Sequence record: NC_015287.1
DNA length: 64,000 nt
Reading direction: 5' to 3' (one strand)
This document shows, in pieces, positions 47,180-57,690 of this stretch (its first letter is position 1; each line of letters starts with the position of its first letter). A model generated the notes under the pieces. It saw only the letters and a program-made list of their open reading frames with translations. It was not told the origin of the DNA and searched no databases. The position numbers and the translations under genes were made by a program.

Positions 47180-48137
47180 ACTCCAAAAGTTTTCAAAGAA
47201 GAGTAGAGGATTATACAATTTTAGATGCCCTTACTGTGGGGATTCTAGTAAGTATAAGAATAAAGCAAGGGGATTCCTATATCCTATAAAGAACGATTAT
47301 AATTTCAAGTGTCACAACTGTGGCGTTTCTAAAACACTTACCAACTTTCTTAAGGATCAGGATACTATACTGCACAAGCAGTATATTATGGAGAGGTACA
47401 AAAAAGGTACTGTGGGACTGGGTTCTAACACTCCTGTACCTAAATTTGAACTACCAAAACCTGTATTTATCAAAGACAAATTTAAGATAGATTTAGAAAA
47501 TATCGCCAGTCTAAATAAATCACACCCCGCTCGAATATATCTAGAACAGAGTAGACAGATTGCTGGCGAAACGCTAGAAAATTTGTACTATTGTAGAAAC
47601 TTTAAAGAGTGGACTAATGCACAAAAGCACACGTTTGATGATGTCAACAATGATGAACCAAGAATCATCATTCCGCTTAGGTACAAAGGTACACTTGTAG
47701 GATACCAAGGGAGGTCGCTAGTCCCTAGATCCAAGATCAAATACATCACGATCATGTTGGAGGAGGATGCTCCGAAGATTTATGGTCTCGACGATATCAA
47801 TACTGGAAAAACTGTTTACGTTACGGAAGGACCATTTGACTCCACATTCATTTCTAATTCTATCGCAATGTGTGGAGCGGATGGTGATGTCTCCAAGTGG
47901 GGAATCACTAACCCTGTGTGGATATATGACAACGAACCACGGAACAGACAAATAGTTGAAAGACTTGCCGCCACTATTGATAGGGGCGATAGAGTCGTGA
48001 TCTTTCCTAAGAATATTCTTGAAAAGGACATAAACGACATGTATCTTAGTGGACAGAAAGTGCAAAGAGTGGTAGACTCAAATATCTACCAAGGTCTAGA
48101 AGCCAAATTAAAATTACAAGACTGGAAACGAGTATGA
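47136..48137 (+). CDS. gp61: DNA primase
   Basis: Zn finger CPYC...CHNC, TOPRIM VTEGPFDS, DNE; TTG start. Confidence 0.93.
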   Translation: MDLVDSKYISLVSSRLQKFSKKSRGLYNFRCPYCGDSSKYKNKARGFLYPIKNDYNFKCHNCGVSKTLTNFLKDQDTILHKQYIMERYKKGTVGLGSNTPVPKFELPKPVFIKDKFKIDLENIASLNKSHPARIYLEQSRQIAGETLENLYYCRNFKEWTNAQKHTFDDVNNDEPRIIIPLRYKGTLVGYQGRSLVPRSKIKYITIMLEEDAPKIYGLDDINTGKTVYVTEGPFDSTFISNSIAMCGADGDVSKWGITNPVWIYDNEPRNRQIVERLAATIDRGDRVVIFPKNILEKDINDMYLSGQKVQRVVDSNIYQGLEAKLKLQDWKRV

Positions 48138-50434
48138 GCAATGGTATTAAAGTAGTCAAGAGAGCAGGGCATATTGAACCTCTTGACTTAGAGAAGATGC
48201 ACAAGATGGTTGAACTAGCTTGTGATGGTCTTGCAGGGGTATCTGCAAGTCAAGTTGAAATCCAATCTGGAATTCAATTTTATGATGGTATGACCACTGC
48301 TGAAATCCAAGGAATCCTTGTCAAGTCCGCAAGTGACCTCATAGATTTGGATGCACCAAACTACCAATACGTTGCTGCCAGACTTCTTCTCTTTGGTCTC
48401 CGTAAAAACTTATACGGTAGAATACATGAACTCCCAACACTACTTGATCAGATCAAGAGAGGAGTAGATAAAGGTATCTACGATGGTGATATACTCAATA
48501 AATATACCAAATCGGAGATTGAAGACCTAGATAAGATTATTGACCACGAACGTGACTATTTGTTCACCTACGCTGGTCTTAGACAAGTTGTTGATAAGTA
48601 TTTGGTACAGGACAGAAGCACTGGTGCTCTTTATGAGACCCCTCAGTTCATGTACTTGCTTATTGCAATGACTATCTTTGCGGAGTATCCGCCAGAAAAT
48701 AGAATAGATTACGTTACACGTTACTACAATGCCATTTCCCGACACAAAATCAACATACCGACCCCAATCATGGGCGGTGTCCGAACACCTATACGGCAAT
48801 TTGCGTCTTGTGTTCTGGTTGATGTTGACGACACCTTGGATAGTATTTTTAGTTCTGATATGGCCATCGGTCGCTATGTCGCTCAAAGGGCTGGTATTGG
48901 TATCAACGCAGGCCGCATCCGTGGGATCAACAGTAAAATCAGAGGCGGAGAAGTACAGCACACTGGCGTTGTTCCGTTTCTCAAAAAATTTGAATCGACT
49001 GTCAGATGCTGCACTCAAAATGGCATCAGAGGTGGATCAGCTACGGTCCACTTTCCAATCTGGCACCAAGAAATAGAGGACATTTTAGTTCTCAAAAACA
49101 ACAAAGGAACCGAAGATAACCGTGTCAGAAAACTCGACTACTCAATCCAAATCTCAAAACTCTTCTATGAAAGGTTTATCGAAGATAAGGAAATCACGCT
49201 TTTTTCTCCCCATAGTTGTCCTAACTTGTTTGAGAGTTTTGGGACCCCTGACTTTGATGAGTTATATTGCCGTTACGAACTGGATGAATCAATCCCCAAG
49301 CGAAAAGTTAGAGCTCAAGAACTGATCATGAACCTCCTTAAGGAGAGGGCAGAGACAGGTCGTATCTACATTATGAATATTGACCATTGTAATGACCACT
49401 CTTCCTTTAAGGACAAGGTGAGTATGAGTAATCTCTGTCAAGAGATCACTCTACCTACAGAACCTCTCCAACATATTGATGCCATAGACGGTGAGATTGC
49501 ACTCTGTATCCTATCTGCTATCAATGTAGGTAAGTTGACTAGGTTGGAGGAGTTGGAAGACCTCTGTGACCTCTCTGTGAGGTCTCTGGAGGAGTTGATT
49601 GACTATCAAGATTATCCTGTGAAGGCTGCTGAACTTGCCACATTGGGTCGTAGATCCCTTGGAGTGGGTTATATCGGTCTCGCACATTATCTTGCTAAAC
49701 ATGGGTGGAAGTACGACTCACAGGATGCCTGGGACGCAGTACACAAACTTACTGAGTCATTCCAGTATTACCTATTGAAATCTTCCAATCAACTTGCTAA
49801 AGAGAAGGGTTGTTGTACTGATTTCTTCAGCACAAAATACTCTGATGGAATCCTACCGATTGATACATACAAAAGAGATGTAGATGAAATTACAAAGGTA
49901 GGTTTGAAACATGATTGGGAATCTCTTAGAGCATCTATCGTGGAACACGGACTCAGGCACAGCACGTTGTCCGCACAGATGCCTTCGGAGAGCAGTTCCG
50001 TTGTGTCAAATGCCACAAATGGAATCGAACCACCTAGAGATTACTTGTCCATTAAAAAATCAAAGAAAGGACCTCTTAAGCAAGTGGTTCCGTCTTATGG
50101 ACACTTGAAAAATAATTATACTTTGCTCTGGGATATGGAGGGAAATGATGGATACATCAAAGTAGTTGCAGTAATGCAGAAGTTCTTTGATCAGGCTATC
50201 AGTGGTAACTGGAGTTACAATCCAACCCAGTATCCAGACAATGAAGTGCCTATTTCTGTTATGGCACAGGATCTTCTCAAGACATACAAGTATGGATGGA
50301 AGACCTCATACTATCAGAATACTTATGACATGAAGAGTGATGATGTAGATGATGTTGAAGAAGTGAAACCACAATTAGAAAAACTATTCACCGAACTATC
50401 AGAGGAGCAAGAGTGTGACAGTTGCACCATCTAG
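48134..50434 (+). CDS. nrdA: Ribonucleotide reductase class Ia alpha
   Basis: ATP cone, QFASCVL, SNLCQEI, C-terminal CDSC. Confidence 0.97.
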   Translation: MSNGIKVVKRAGHIEPLDLEKMHKMVELACDGLAGVSASQVEIQSGIQFYDGMTTAEIQGILVKSASDLIDLDAPNYQYVAARLLLFGLRKNLYGRIHELPTLLDQIKRGVDKGIYDGDILNKYTKSEIEDLDKIIDHERDYLFTYAGLRQVVDKYLVQDRSTGALYETPQFMYLLIAMTIFAEYPPENRIDYVTRYYNAISRHKINIPTPIMGGVRTPIRQFASCVLVDVDDTLDSIFSSDMAIGRYVAQRAGIGINAGRIRGINSKIRGGEVQHTGVVPFLKKFESTVRCCTQNGIRGGSATVHFPIWHQEIEDILVLKNNKGTEDNRVRKLDYSIQISKLFYERFIEDKEITLFSPHSCPNLFESFGTPDFDELYCRYELDESIPKRKVRAQELIMNLLKERAETGRIYIMNIDHCNDHSSFKDKVSMSNLCQEITLPTEPLQHIDAIDGEIALCILSAINVGKLTRLEELEDLCDLSVRSLEELIDYQDYPVKAAELATLGRRSLGVGYIGLAHYLAKHGWKYDSQDAWDAVHKLTESFQYYLLKSSNQLAKEKGCCTDFFSTKYSDGILPIDTYKRDVDEITKVGLKHDWESLRASIVEHGLRHSTLSAQMPSESSSVVSNATNGIEPPRDYLSIKKSKKGPLKQVVPSYGHLKNNYTLLWDMEGNDGYIKVVAVMQKFFDQAISGNWSYNPTQYPDNEVPISVMAQDLLKTYKYGWKTSYYQNTYDMKSDDVDDVEEVKPQLEKLFTELSEEQECDSCTI

Positions 50435-51581
50435 CAGAAAAGTAGAAAGAATGACTGTTTTTAATAAGAGTCATGTAGATACCAAGTCTCAGCCTATGTT
50501 TTTTGGAGCACCATTGGGTGTCCAAAGGTATGATGAATACAAGTATCCAGTGTTTGATAAACTTACAACTCAAATGCTTGGATACTTCTGGAGACCAGAG
50601 GAGGTTTCCTTACAGAAGGACAGATCAGACTATCAATCTCTACGTCCAGAACAGAAACACATCTTTACTTCCAATCTAAAATACCAAATTCTTTTAGATT
50701 CTGTACAAGGTCGTGGTCCTGGAATGGCTTTCGCACCCTATTGTGCATTGCCTGAACTGGAAGGAGCTATGAATGTGTGGCAATTTATGGAGATGATACA
50801 TTCTAGATCCTATACATATATTATCAAGAACGTGTATCCTAATCCAGCGGAAGTCTTTGACACGATTCTAGATGATGAAAAGATTTTAAAGAGAGCAAAC
50901 TCTGTAACAGCATCCTACGACGACTTTATTAATGATGCCCAAGAGTATGGGCAGGGACGTATGTGGGAAAAAGACTGGAAAGATTCACCTTCATCACAGT
51001 GGACAATTCATGAACTCAAAAGAAAACTCTATCGAGCAGTCGCAAATGTCAATATCTTGGAAGGAATTAGGTTCTATGTCTCCTTCGCGTGCTCGTTTGC
51101 TTTTGGAGAGCTTAAGCTTATGGAAGGATCGGCAAAAATCATTAGCCTTATCTCAAGAGATGAAAACCAACACCTCGTCCTCACGCAAAACATATTAAAG
51201 AACTGGATGAACGGCGATGATCCAGAGATGAAACAGATCGCTGATGAAGAAAGAAACAATGTAATAGGCATGTTCAGAAATGCCGTTGAAGAAGAGAAAG
51301 AATGGGCAGAGTATCTGTTCAGTGGTGGTTCTATGATTGGTTTGAATGACAAACTACTCAATCAATATGTTGAGTGGATTGCTAACAAGAGAATGAAAGC
51401 TCTTGGGTTTGATCCTATCTACGATCAACCATTAAGAAATAATCCATTGCCTTGGACACAACACTGGATCTCATCTAAGGGATTACAGGTTGCACCACAG
51501 GAAACAGAGGTCGAATCCTATGTGGTTGGTGGTATCAAACAAGATATCAAGAAGAACCAGTTCAGCGGATTCAAACTGTAG
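50415..51581 (+). CDS. nrdB: Ribonucleotide reductase class Ia beta
   Basis: FWRPEEV, EMIHSRSY, LEGIRFYVSF, DENQH. Confidence 0.97.
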   Translation: MTVAPSSRKVERMTVFNKSHVDTKSQPMFFGAPLGVQRYDEYKYPVFDKLTTQMLGYFWRPEEVSLQKDRSDYQSLRPEQKHIFTSNLKYQILLDSVQGRGPGMAFAPYCALPELEGAMNVWQFMEMIHSRSYTYIIKNVYPNPAEVFDTILDDEKILKRANSVTASYDDFINDAQEYGQGRMWEKDWKDSPSSQWTIHELKRKLYRAVANVNILEGIRFYVSFACSFAFGELKLMEGSAKIISLISRDENQHLVLTQNILKNWMNGDDPEMKQIADEERNNVIGMFRNAVEEEKEWAEYLFSGGSMIGLNDKLLNQYVEWIANKRMKALGFDPIYDQPLRNNPLPWTQHWISSKGLQVAPQETEVESYVVGGIKQDIKKNQFSGFKL

Positions 51582-51582
51582 A

Positions 51583-51589
51583 CTAAATA
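51583..51589 (+). promoter_or_regulatory. Late promoter variant CTAAATA
   Basis: Immediately after the nrdB stop, before the fibre gene. Confidence 0.55.
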
Positions 51590-51612
51590 GTATAAAAGTA
51601 GTCCTGTAAAGA

Positions 51613-53757
51613 ATGGCTAAGCAACAAATTGGTGTGGGTTCTGCCAGTAATGATGGAACAGGAGACACCCTGCGACAAGGAGCAGTAAAGGTAAACGCAA
51701 ACTTTAGCGAGATATACTCGGTATTTGGTGATGCGACTAATTTGGTAAGCTTTGCCAAGACTTCTGGTATCTCCAGTGACTCTAATAAGTTTGGTGGTCA
51801 GATACCTTCTTTCTATCAGGATGCAACTAATTTAACCTCTGGTTTACTTTCACCCGATCGTTTACCAGAGGTTGTTGTAGCGACTGCTTTTAGTGGTGGG
51901 TTGATAGGAAGTGTAACTGGTAACGTTACAGGTGATCTCACTGGTACTGCATCTACATCTGTCAATGCTGCGGTTGCATATGCCGTAACTGGACAACCAG
52001 ATCTCTTAGCAAGGGATATAGTTGCAGTCAGTATTGCTTGTACTAACGTTATAGGTGATCTTACTGGGGCTGCAGCGTATGCTCAGACCTCTGGACTTTC
52101 AAACTATTCTTTTGTATCTGGTCTTTCTACAAACTCTCAGAGATCAGTATATTCTCAACTCTCTGGTGTATCTACTGTATCTGGTTATGCAACTACTGCT
52201 GGTATCGCCACTCTTGCAGTCAACTCTCAAGGTCTAACTGGATCACCTGATATTGTTGTTGGTCTTGCTAGTGGAACGTTTAAGGGTGATGGATCTCAAC
52301 TGACTGGAGTTGTTGCTGCATCTTCTGGTATCCTTATTAGGGATAACGATACTCCTATTGGTATTGCTGCTAGTGTTAATTTTGGATATGGTGCAACAGT
52401 ATCACCTTTATCTGCTGGTATTGTTACCGTAACTGCTGTCACCCAATACGATCAATTAGAAATTTCTGGTGTCTCAACCTTTACTGGAGACATCAAACCA
52501 AATGGAAACATTACAGGTGATGGCAACACAGTTATAACTGGTGTATCATCGGCTTACATCACTGATCTTCATGGTGGATTGATTGGAAATGTAATCACCG
52601 CAGCACAACCAAACATCACATCACTAGGTACTCTAACTTCATTGAATGTTAGTGGTGACGTAAGTATTGGTGGAACATTAACATACGAAGATGTAACTAA
52701 TATTGATTCTGTTGGTTTGATCACCGCAAGATCTGGTATGGTTGCAACTGGTGTCGTAACTGCGACAGCATTTAGTGGACCTTTGATCGGAAATGCAGAC
52801 ACTGCCACTAGTTCTGGAACTGCAACTACGGCGACCAGAGCAAATAACATTGCAGTTGTCGATGAATCTACAGATACAACATGTAGTGTGTTGTATACTA
52901 ATGCTGCCTCAGGTTATCAGGCTGCCAAAACAGGAACTAACTTACTGTTTGATGCAGTACAGGGAACTCTAAAACCAACTAATATTAACGCAACTGGTAT
53001 TATAACTGCTAGTTCATTTAGTGGTAATGCTACGAGTGCCACTCAAGCTACCACTGCAAATGTAGCATCTGCTGTTCTCTTAAGTGATGAATCCTCAGAC
53101 ACTACTTGTTATCCTACATTTGCTAACTCAGGAATAGGTACACAGTCATTGAAGACTGGATCTAATTTATATTTCAACTCTAATTCGGGTCAGTTATACG
53201 CTACACAATTCAGTGGTTCTGGAGCGGGTCTTTCTAATATACCAGCATCTGCTATTACTGGTCTTAATGTTGATACTAGACCAAACTTCCAGACAGCAGA
53301 ATATAGCACAAAAACTACTTTTGATTTTACTCATAATTATACATCAGTGCCTAATATGTCTTGCACTATTACTCCTACTAATTCAAATAGTAAGATTCTC
53401 ATACAGGTTCTGATAATGGGTTGGGCATCAGGCGGTAAATATGATACTGTGTGGGGAATCCAAAGATCAATATCTGGTGGGTCTACAAACGATTTAACCT
53501 ATCCAAATGACGGTCTCAGGCAAGGAAGTATGTATTATGAAACTGACACCACTCAAAACTATCAGGCACATTGTTTCCAGTACTGGTATGTGGATACTCC
53601 TGGCACGACAGCTGCAATAACATATACTCCAAGAATTAGAAATGGATATACTGCTGGAACCAGAACCTTCTATTTTAACAGGGATTTTGGATATTTTAAT
53701 TATCAAAGTTATAGAGTAGGTGGTAGTAGAATGTCAGTAATGGAGGTACAACCCTAA
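51613..53757 (+). CDS. Tail fibre protein
   Basis: NDGTGDTLR attachment motif, Gly/Thr/Ser-rich shaft, two DES.DTTC repeats, C-terminal SCTITP..SNSKILI beta domain. Confidence 0.85.
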   Translation: MAKQQIGVGSASNDGTGDTLRQGAVKVNANFSEIYSVFGDATNLVSFAKTSGISSDSNKFGGQIPSFYQDATNLTSGLLSPDRLPEVVVATAFSGGLIGSVTGNVTGDLTGTASTSVNAAVAYAVTGQPDLLARDIVAVSIACTNVIGDLTGAAAYAQTSGLSNYSFVSGLSTNSQRSVYSQLSGVSTVSGYATTAGIATLAVNSQGLTGSPDIVVGLASGTFKGDGSQLTGVVAASSGILIRDNDTPIGIAASVNFGYGATVSPLSAGIVTVTAVTQYDQLEISGVSTFTGDIKPNGNITGDGNTVITGVSSAYITDLHGGLIGNVITAAQPNITSLGTLTSLNVSGDVSIGGTLTYEDVTNIDSVGLITARSGMVATGVVTATAFSGPLIGNADTATSSGTATTATRANNIAVVDESTDTTCSVLYTNAASGYQAAKTGTNLLFDAVQGTLKPTNINATGIITASSFSGNATSATQATTANVASAVLLSDESSDTTCYPTFANSGIGTQSLKTGSNLYFNSNSGQLYATQFSGSGAGLSNIPASAITGLNVDTRPNFQTAEYSTKTTFDFTHNYTSVPNMSCTITPTNSNSKILIQVLIMGWASGGKYDTVWGIQRSISGGSTNDLTYPNDGLRQGSMYYETDTTQNYQAHCFQYWYVDTPGTTAAITYTPRIRNGYTAGTRTFYFNRDFGYFNYQSYRVGGSRMSVMEVQP

Positions 53758-54065
53758 TGAATTACAATCACGAAGCAATCCGTGCAGCATATCCAGATAA
53801 AAATTTATTAATCTGTGATGATGTTGGCATATTCGATAGAGATATCAGTGACACTACACCGTTTGAAATTGATCAAGCGTTAGTAGATGCAGCTGCAGTC
53901 ACCACAGATAAAGAAAAACAGAACACTTACCATAAGTACATGCGTGAAAAAGAGTTCCGTGAGTTTGCAGACCCAATGTATTTCAAAGTGCAAAGAGGTG
54001 AAGTGACACAGGCAGAGTATGACGCGAAAGTCGAAGAGATTAGGACAAAATATCCTTATATATAA
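53757..54065 (+). CDS. Tail fibre assembly/chaperone-like protein
   Basis: Coupled to the fibre gene; R..EF...ADPMYFK.QRGE. Confidence 0.6.
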   Translation: MNYNHEAIRAAYPDKNLLICDDVGIFDRDISDTTPFEIDQALVDAAAVTTDKEKQNTYHKYMREKEFREFADPMYFKVQRGEVTQAEYDAKVEEIRTKYPYI

Positions 54066-54086
54066 TAAGCCTTAAATTATTATCCA

Positions 54087-54506
54087 ATGGCAGAAGCAGC
54101 GAAGACTCCTCCCAAAGAGGATAAACCAAAAGGTTTACTAGGTAAATTAAAAGAAGCATCGGAAGACAAAGAAGAACAGATGGCTATTCTGTCAACCTTT
54201 GTACGTCTAGGCATCTTGGTCTGGAGTGGTGCGATCTTGACTCTCGCATATGTAGAGTTACCACCAGCTCTTAAAATACCTAAACAAGATCTTGATCCAA
54301 CTTTCATAGCATCGGTCTTCACGGGCGTGCTGGCGACTTTTGGCGTTCAAGCTGGAAAGAGTAAGAATAATGGATCTAATGGTGGTGGTGCAAACATATC
54401 TAAAAAAGATATGGAGATTCTTATTGAAAAGGCATCTCAGACTGCCCCTGCACAGGTAGTTCGTATCGAACAAGCTCCTGTAAAAATTGTCCCTGATCAA
54501 AAATAA
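54087..54506 (+). CDS. Two-TM membrane protein
   Basis: LSTFVRLGILVWSG, FIASVFTGVLATFGV. Confidence 0.72.
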   Translation: MAEAAKTPPKEDKPKGLLGKLKEASEDKEEQMAILSTFVRLGILVWSGAILTLAYVELPPALKIPKQDLDPTFIASVFTGVLATFGVQAGKSKNNGSNGGGANISKKDMEILIEKASQTAPAQVVRIEQAPVKIVPDQK

Positions 54507-54507
54507 A

Positions 54508-54774
54508 ATGTTACAAAAAATCGTAAATGGAATCGCTATCGCAAGTGGTATTGTATCTCTCACCGTTGTGGGTACTGCTGGTTATCTATATCTTAACAAG
54601 GATGCTATTCTCGAAAACGTCAAATCTAAAGTGATGGAATCTGTCCTACCAGGCGGACTTAGTGGTGTTGGAGCATTGAGTGGTGCTGCAGGCTTAGGAC
54701 TACCATCACCATCGACACCAGTGCCTGATGCGTCTGCTCCAGACTCTCCTTCTATTCCACCAATATCTTTTTAG
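54508..54774 (+). CDS. Single-TM protein with Pro-rich tail
   Basis: MLQKIVN.IAI.S... Confidence 0.7.
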   Translation: MLQKIVNGIAIASGIVSLTVVGTAGYLYLNKDAILENVKSKVMESVLPGGLSGVGALSGAAGLGLPSPSTPVPDASAPDSPSIPPISF

Positions 54775-54825
54775 TATCTCCTTGATACTAAATAGTTGCT
54801 CATAGTCACGCAAGGAGGAACCTTG

Positions 54826-55020
54826 ATGGACGAAGACAACGAACTCTGGTTTGACTTTAACATGAACTATACTTCTGTTAAACAAGTCTACACCTCATTA
54901 TGTTTTCATTTGGAGAAATGGCCTGGAAACAGTATCGATCCAAACGAACAAGAACGTTTACAGGAATTAAAATCTAATTTCTATAAACTTATGCTTGAAA
55001 AACAGTACATTTGTGAGTAA
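54826..55020 (+). CDS. Hypothetical protein
   Basis: SD GGAGG; CTAAATA at 54788. Confidence 0.65.
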   Translation: MDEDNELWFDFNMNYTSVKQVYTSLCFHLEKWPGNSIDPNEQERLQELKSNFYKLMLEKQYICE

Positions 55021-55023
55021 ATT

Positions 55024-55257
55024 ATGAACATTAGAACATGCCCAAGGTGCGAAGCTAAATGGATAGACGAACAATTATATTGGTCAACAGGCAAAGAAGG
55101 TGATCCTCATGATCTTGCAGGGTTAGTATGCAATATTCAAGACTTTGAAGACTGCATCAACCCATGTAAGGGTTCCACTAGTGGACAAACGTGGGAACAA
55201 CGTAGAGCCTTTCTCGACGCTTGGAACGAGAATGGTACAATTAAAGATGACGACTAA
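55024..55257 (+). CDS. Small Cys-rich protein
   Basis: CPRC...DLAGLVC...CINP.KG. Confidence 0.7.
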   Translation: MNIRTCPRCEAKWIDEQLYWSTGKEGDPHDLAGLVCNIQDFEDCINPCKGSTSGQTWEQRRAFLDAWNENGTIKDDD

Positions 55258-55502
55258 TGGACTTACAAAAAATTGCCACCTATGGAACCGCAGCAGCAGT
55301 TGTAGGAACTGGTGCCGTGGTAGGTGGCGGTCAAATTATTGATCAACAGATGGGTGGTCCTGCAAAGAGACAGGAAGTTCAATTACAAGAAATTAGAAAG
55401 GTAGTCAGAGAGGAAGTTAGGTCTGCTTTGGAAGAAGCGTGGCCTACTCAATCTGGACCAGTCAAGGGTTTGAAATTGGTAACCCCCGATGCCAACAAAT
55501 AA
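55257..55502 (+). CDS. Hypothetical with hydrophobic N-terminus
   Basis: TAATG coupling. Confidence 0.65.
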   Translation: MDLQKIATYGTAAAVVGTGAVVGGGQIIDQQMGGPAKRQEVQLQEIRKVVREEVRSALEEAWPTQSGPVKGLKLVTPDANK

Positions 55503-56367
55503 TATCCCACAGATCTATGTTAATGGAACTGGATTGAGACTCATCCAGACCATAGATACTGGTACAATTAATATTGCAAATATAAACAGACCTTGGATGG
55601 CAACCCCTCCACAGTCAATTCCTTGGACACCTCCTGTAACTATGAACATAGGTACGCCTATCGTAGATATGCCAGGTTGTGTCAAGGTAAACAAAGAGAA
55701 CGCTAAGAGAGATCCATCTAGGAATAAAAATCTAGTCAATGATGACCCCAAGGGTAACGTAGTATTATGTGATAGTGGTATGCCATACTACGAACCACCT
55801 GATTATCAGGCGAATGAATTGACATGGACTACAGTATATGGCGAACCAGAAGAAGTTACAGGTGGTGTTGATACAGGTGATCCACCTCCTCCACCAGATT
55901 CCAATACTGAACGACCAAATACTCCAGAAGAATATAAAGATCCTGATTGCCCTGGTCCCAATCAACTTAGAGTGGGTGATGTAACTCAGTCAGGAGATGA
56001 AAGGGTGACTGGACATCAGTTGATAACTGATCCAAACAATCCTAAACAGAAAATATGTGAGACATTGTACGAATCTACTACAGTTGCAGAGAAATTTTTG
56101 CCTTCCGTGCCTCAGGCAACCACTACCGTCGCTATTGCTGTAATTGCAACTGCTGGTGCAGCTGCAACACCACTCTTACTAAGAATAATCAAACCTATTG
56201 TTCAAAAAGCAATCAAGGCAATACAAAAAAAATTCGGTAAGAAAGAGGCTAAACTCTCCATGTCCGAATTAAAAACTAATAAGTATAGAAAAGAAAAAGG
56301 ATTACCAGAACTAAGGTTTGGTGATAGAAAGAATATGATAAAGGACTTGAAGAAGTCTAGTAAGTAA
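55489..56367 (+). CDS. Pro-rich protein with C-terminal TM anchor
   Basis: PIVDMPGCV, CPGP, TTVAIAVIATAGAA followed by a basic tail. Confidence 0.7.
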   Translation: MPTNNIPQIYVNGTGLRLIQTIDTGTINIANINRPWMATPPQSIPWTPPVTMNIGTPIVDMPGCVKVNKENAKRDPSRNKNLVNDDPKGNVVLCDSGMPYYEPPDYQANELTWTTVYGEPEEVTGGVDTGDPPPPPDSNTERPNTPEEYKDPDCPGPNQLRVGDVTQSGDERVTGHQLITDPNNPKQKICETLYESTTVAEKFLPSVPQATTTVAIAVIATAGAAATPLLLRIIKPIVQKAIKAIQKKFGKKEAKLSMSELKTNKYRKEKGLPELRFGDRKNMIKDLKKSSK

Positions 56368-56854
56368 AGGTTATATTACCAGAGACAATCAACCTTTGTT
56401 CATTGGTAGGTATGGTTTCATGCCATAACCATGAAGGGAAACAAATTATATCACCACTGCTCTGACCATCAGGAACTAATGTGTTGCCTTGAGTGTCAGT
56501 AAAACGAAAACACTTTTGTTCTGGCACATCTACAAAGTGAACCCAAGATATATCTGAGGGAACATGATTATGTTCTCCTATATTGTTACCTTGATCATAT
56601 AGTTGTGACCAGTATGTATATGTGTATGTTGATTTATTGAAGGCGCCTACATTCTTTACGATATCTTCTACAATAATATCGTATCTTTCATTTAGAAATT
56701 GATCTGGTCTCTGATCTGCATACTCTTGATTCATCCAGTAAGAACTTTTATGATTGTCAATCAATTCTATGTTCGACAGTCTGGATTTTAATTTGTTTAT
56801 TATATTATCTGAGAGCTTAATGTTATCATGAGACCAATAGGGTGGTCTAAACAT
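56357..56854 (-). CDS. 2OG-Fe(II) oxygenase-like protein (HxH type)
   Basis: EHNH, FPSWLWHET, RLIVSGN. Confidence 0.72.
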   Translation of the reverse strand: MFRPPYWSHDNIKLSDNIINKLKSRLSNIELIDNHKSSYWMNQEYADQRPDQFLNERYDIIVEDIVKNVGAFNKSTYTYTYWSQLYDQGNNIGEHNHVPSDISWVHFVDVPEQKCFRFTDTQGNTLVPDGQSSGDIICFPSWLWHETIPTNEQRLIVSGNITFTY

Positions 56855-57690
56855 TAGGGTATTTCAAATGTTCCTAGATCCTCAGCAGTTCCATTTGGTT
56901 TTTCATCCCAGTTTGGTTTAGGCATGTCATGTGTATGAGGAAGTAATTGACCGCCAGGATTTGTAACTACTACGTCAGCACATACAGAATAGTATGGTGA
57001 TTTGGGGTGGAAAAATATGCCGCTCTTTTTCAATTCGCCACAATTCTTGAGTCTCGCTAGTTCAAAATCTAATCTCTTGTTTGCAATGAGTTGACCTTGC
57101 ATATCATTCTGTAGTTGTGCTGCTTCCATACATTGTTTCTGTAGTTTTCTATTCAATGGTATGGATAATGTGGCAGATAAACCAAGATTTAATGATTGGT
57201 TTGCTGTCATGTCAGTACGAACAGGTTTCTCCCAGATCACTTGGCCTGGATTGTCTGGTATGCCGTCTGGACCATCTACATCTATGGTAATCTCCATGTC
57301 CTCACCATCAGGGAACCATCTAGTTCCATCTGCTTTAGTCCTTGTGTCATACCATGACTCCCAAGGATAGTTCTTTACAGTTACAGTTTGTTGGGTTGTA
57401 CGACCAGTGAAGTCAGTAGTATTATACTGAGGTTCCATTACGAAATCTCTCCACGGATCTTTTCTACTATCCGCAAACTGTAAGTATGGTGTGAAGTTGA
57501 TAGTGGCACCTTGACATTGTACGCCACCACCGTAAGTATTAGTTATATACGGTCCCTGAAGGACCTGAATAGCTTGATTCGTAACACTGCCCGAGCTGTT
57601 CGCGATTGGATTTGCTGTCGCTGAAACTCCTCCGACATTCTCTGCTAATGCCGCCGTCGGACTAATAATTGATAGTACTAATGTACTTAC
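56854..57690 (-). CDS. Conserved exported-type protein, start codon non-canonical or unresolved
   Basis: GGVSATANPIANSSGSVTNQAIQVLQG, KRLDFELARLKNCG; no ATG/GTG/TTG near the signal-like N-terminus. Confidence 0.6.
   Translation of the reverse strand, partial: VSTLVLSIISPTAALAENVGGVSATANPIANSSGSVTNQAIQVLQGPYITNTYGGGVQCQGATINFTPYLQFADSRKDPWRDFVMEPQYNTTDFTGRTTQQTVTVKNYPWESWYDTRTKADGTRWFPDGEDMEITIDVDGPDGIPDNPGQVIWEKPVRTDMTANQSLNLGLSATLSIPLNRKLQKQCMEAAQLQNDMQGQLIANKRLDFELARLKNCGELKKSGIFFHPKSPYYSVCADVVVTNPGGQLLPHTHDMPKPNWDEKPNGTAEDLGTFEIP

Noticed and set aside
28214-51581. Introns or inteins in gp43, gp41, nrdA, nrdB
   Set aside because: All are continuous and of ordinary length; no homing endonuclease motifs were seen inside them.
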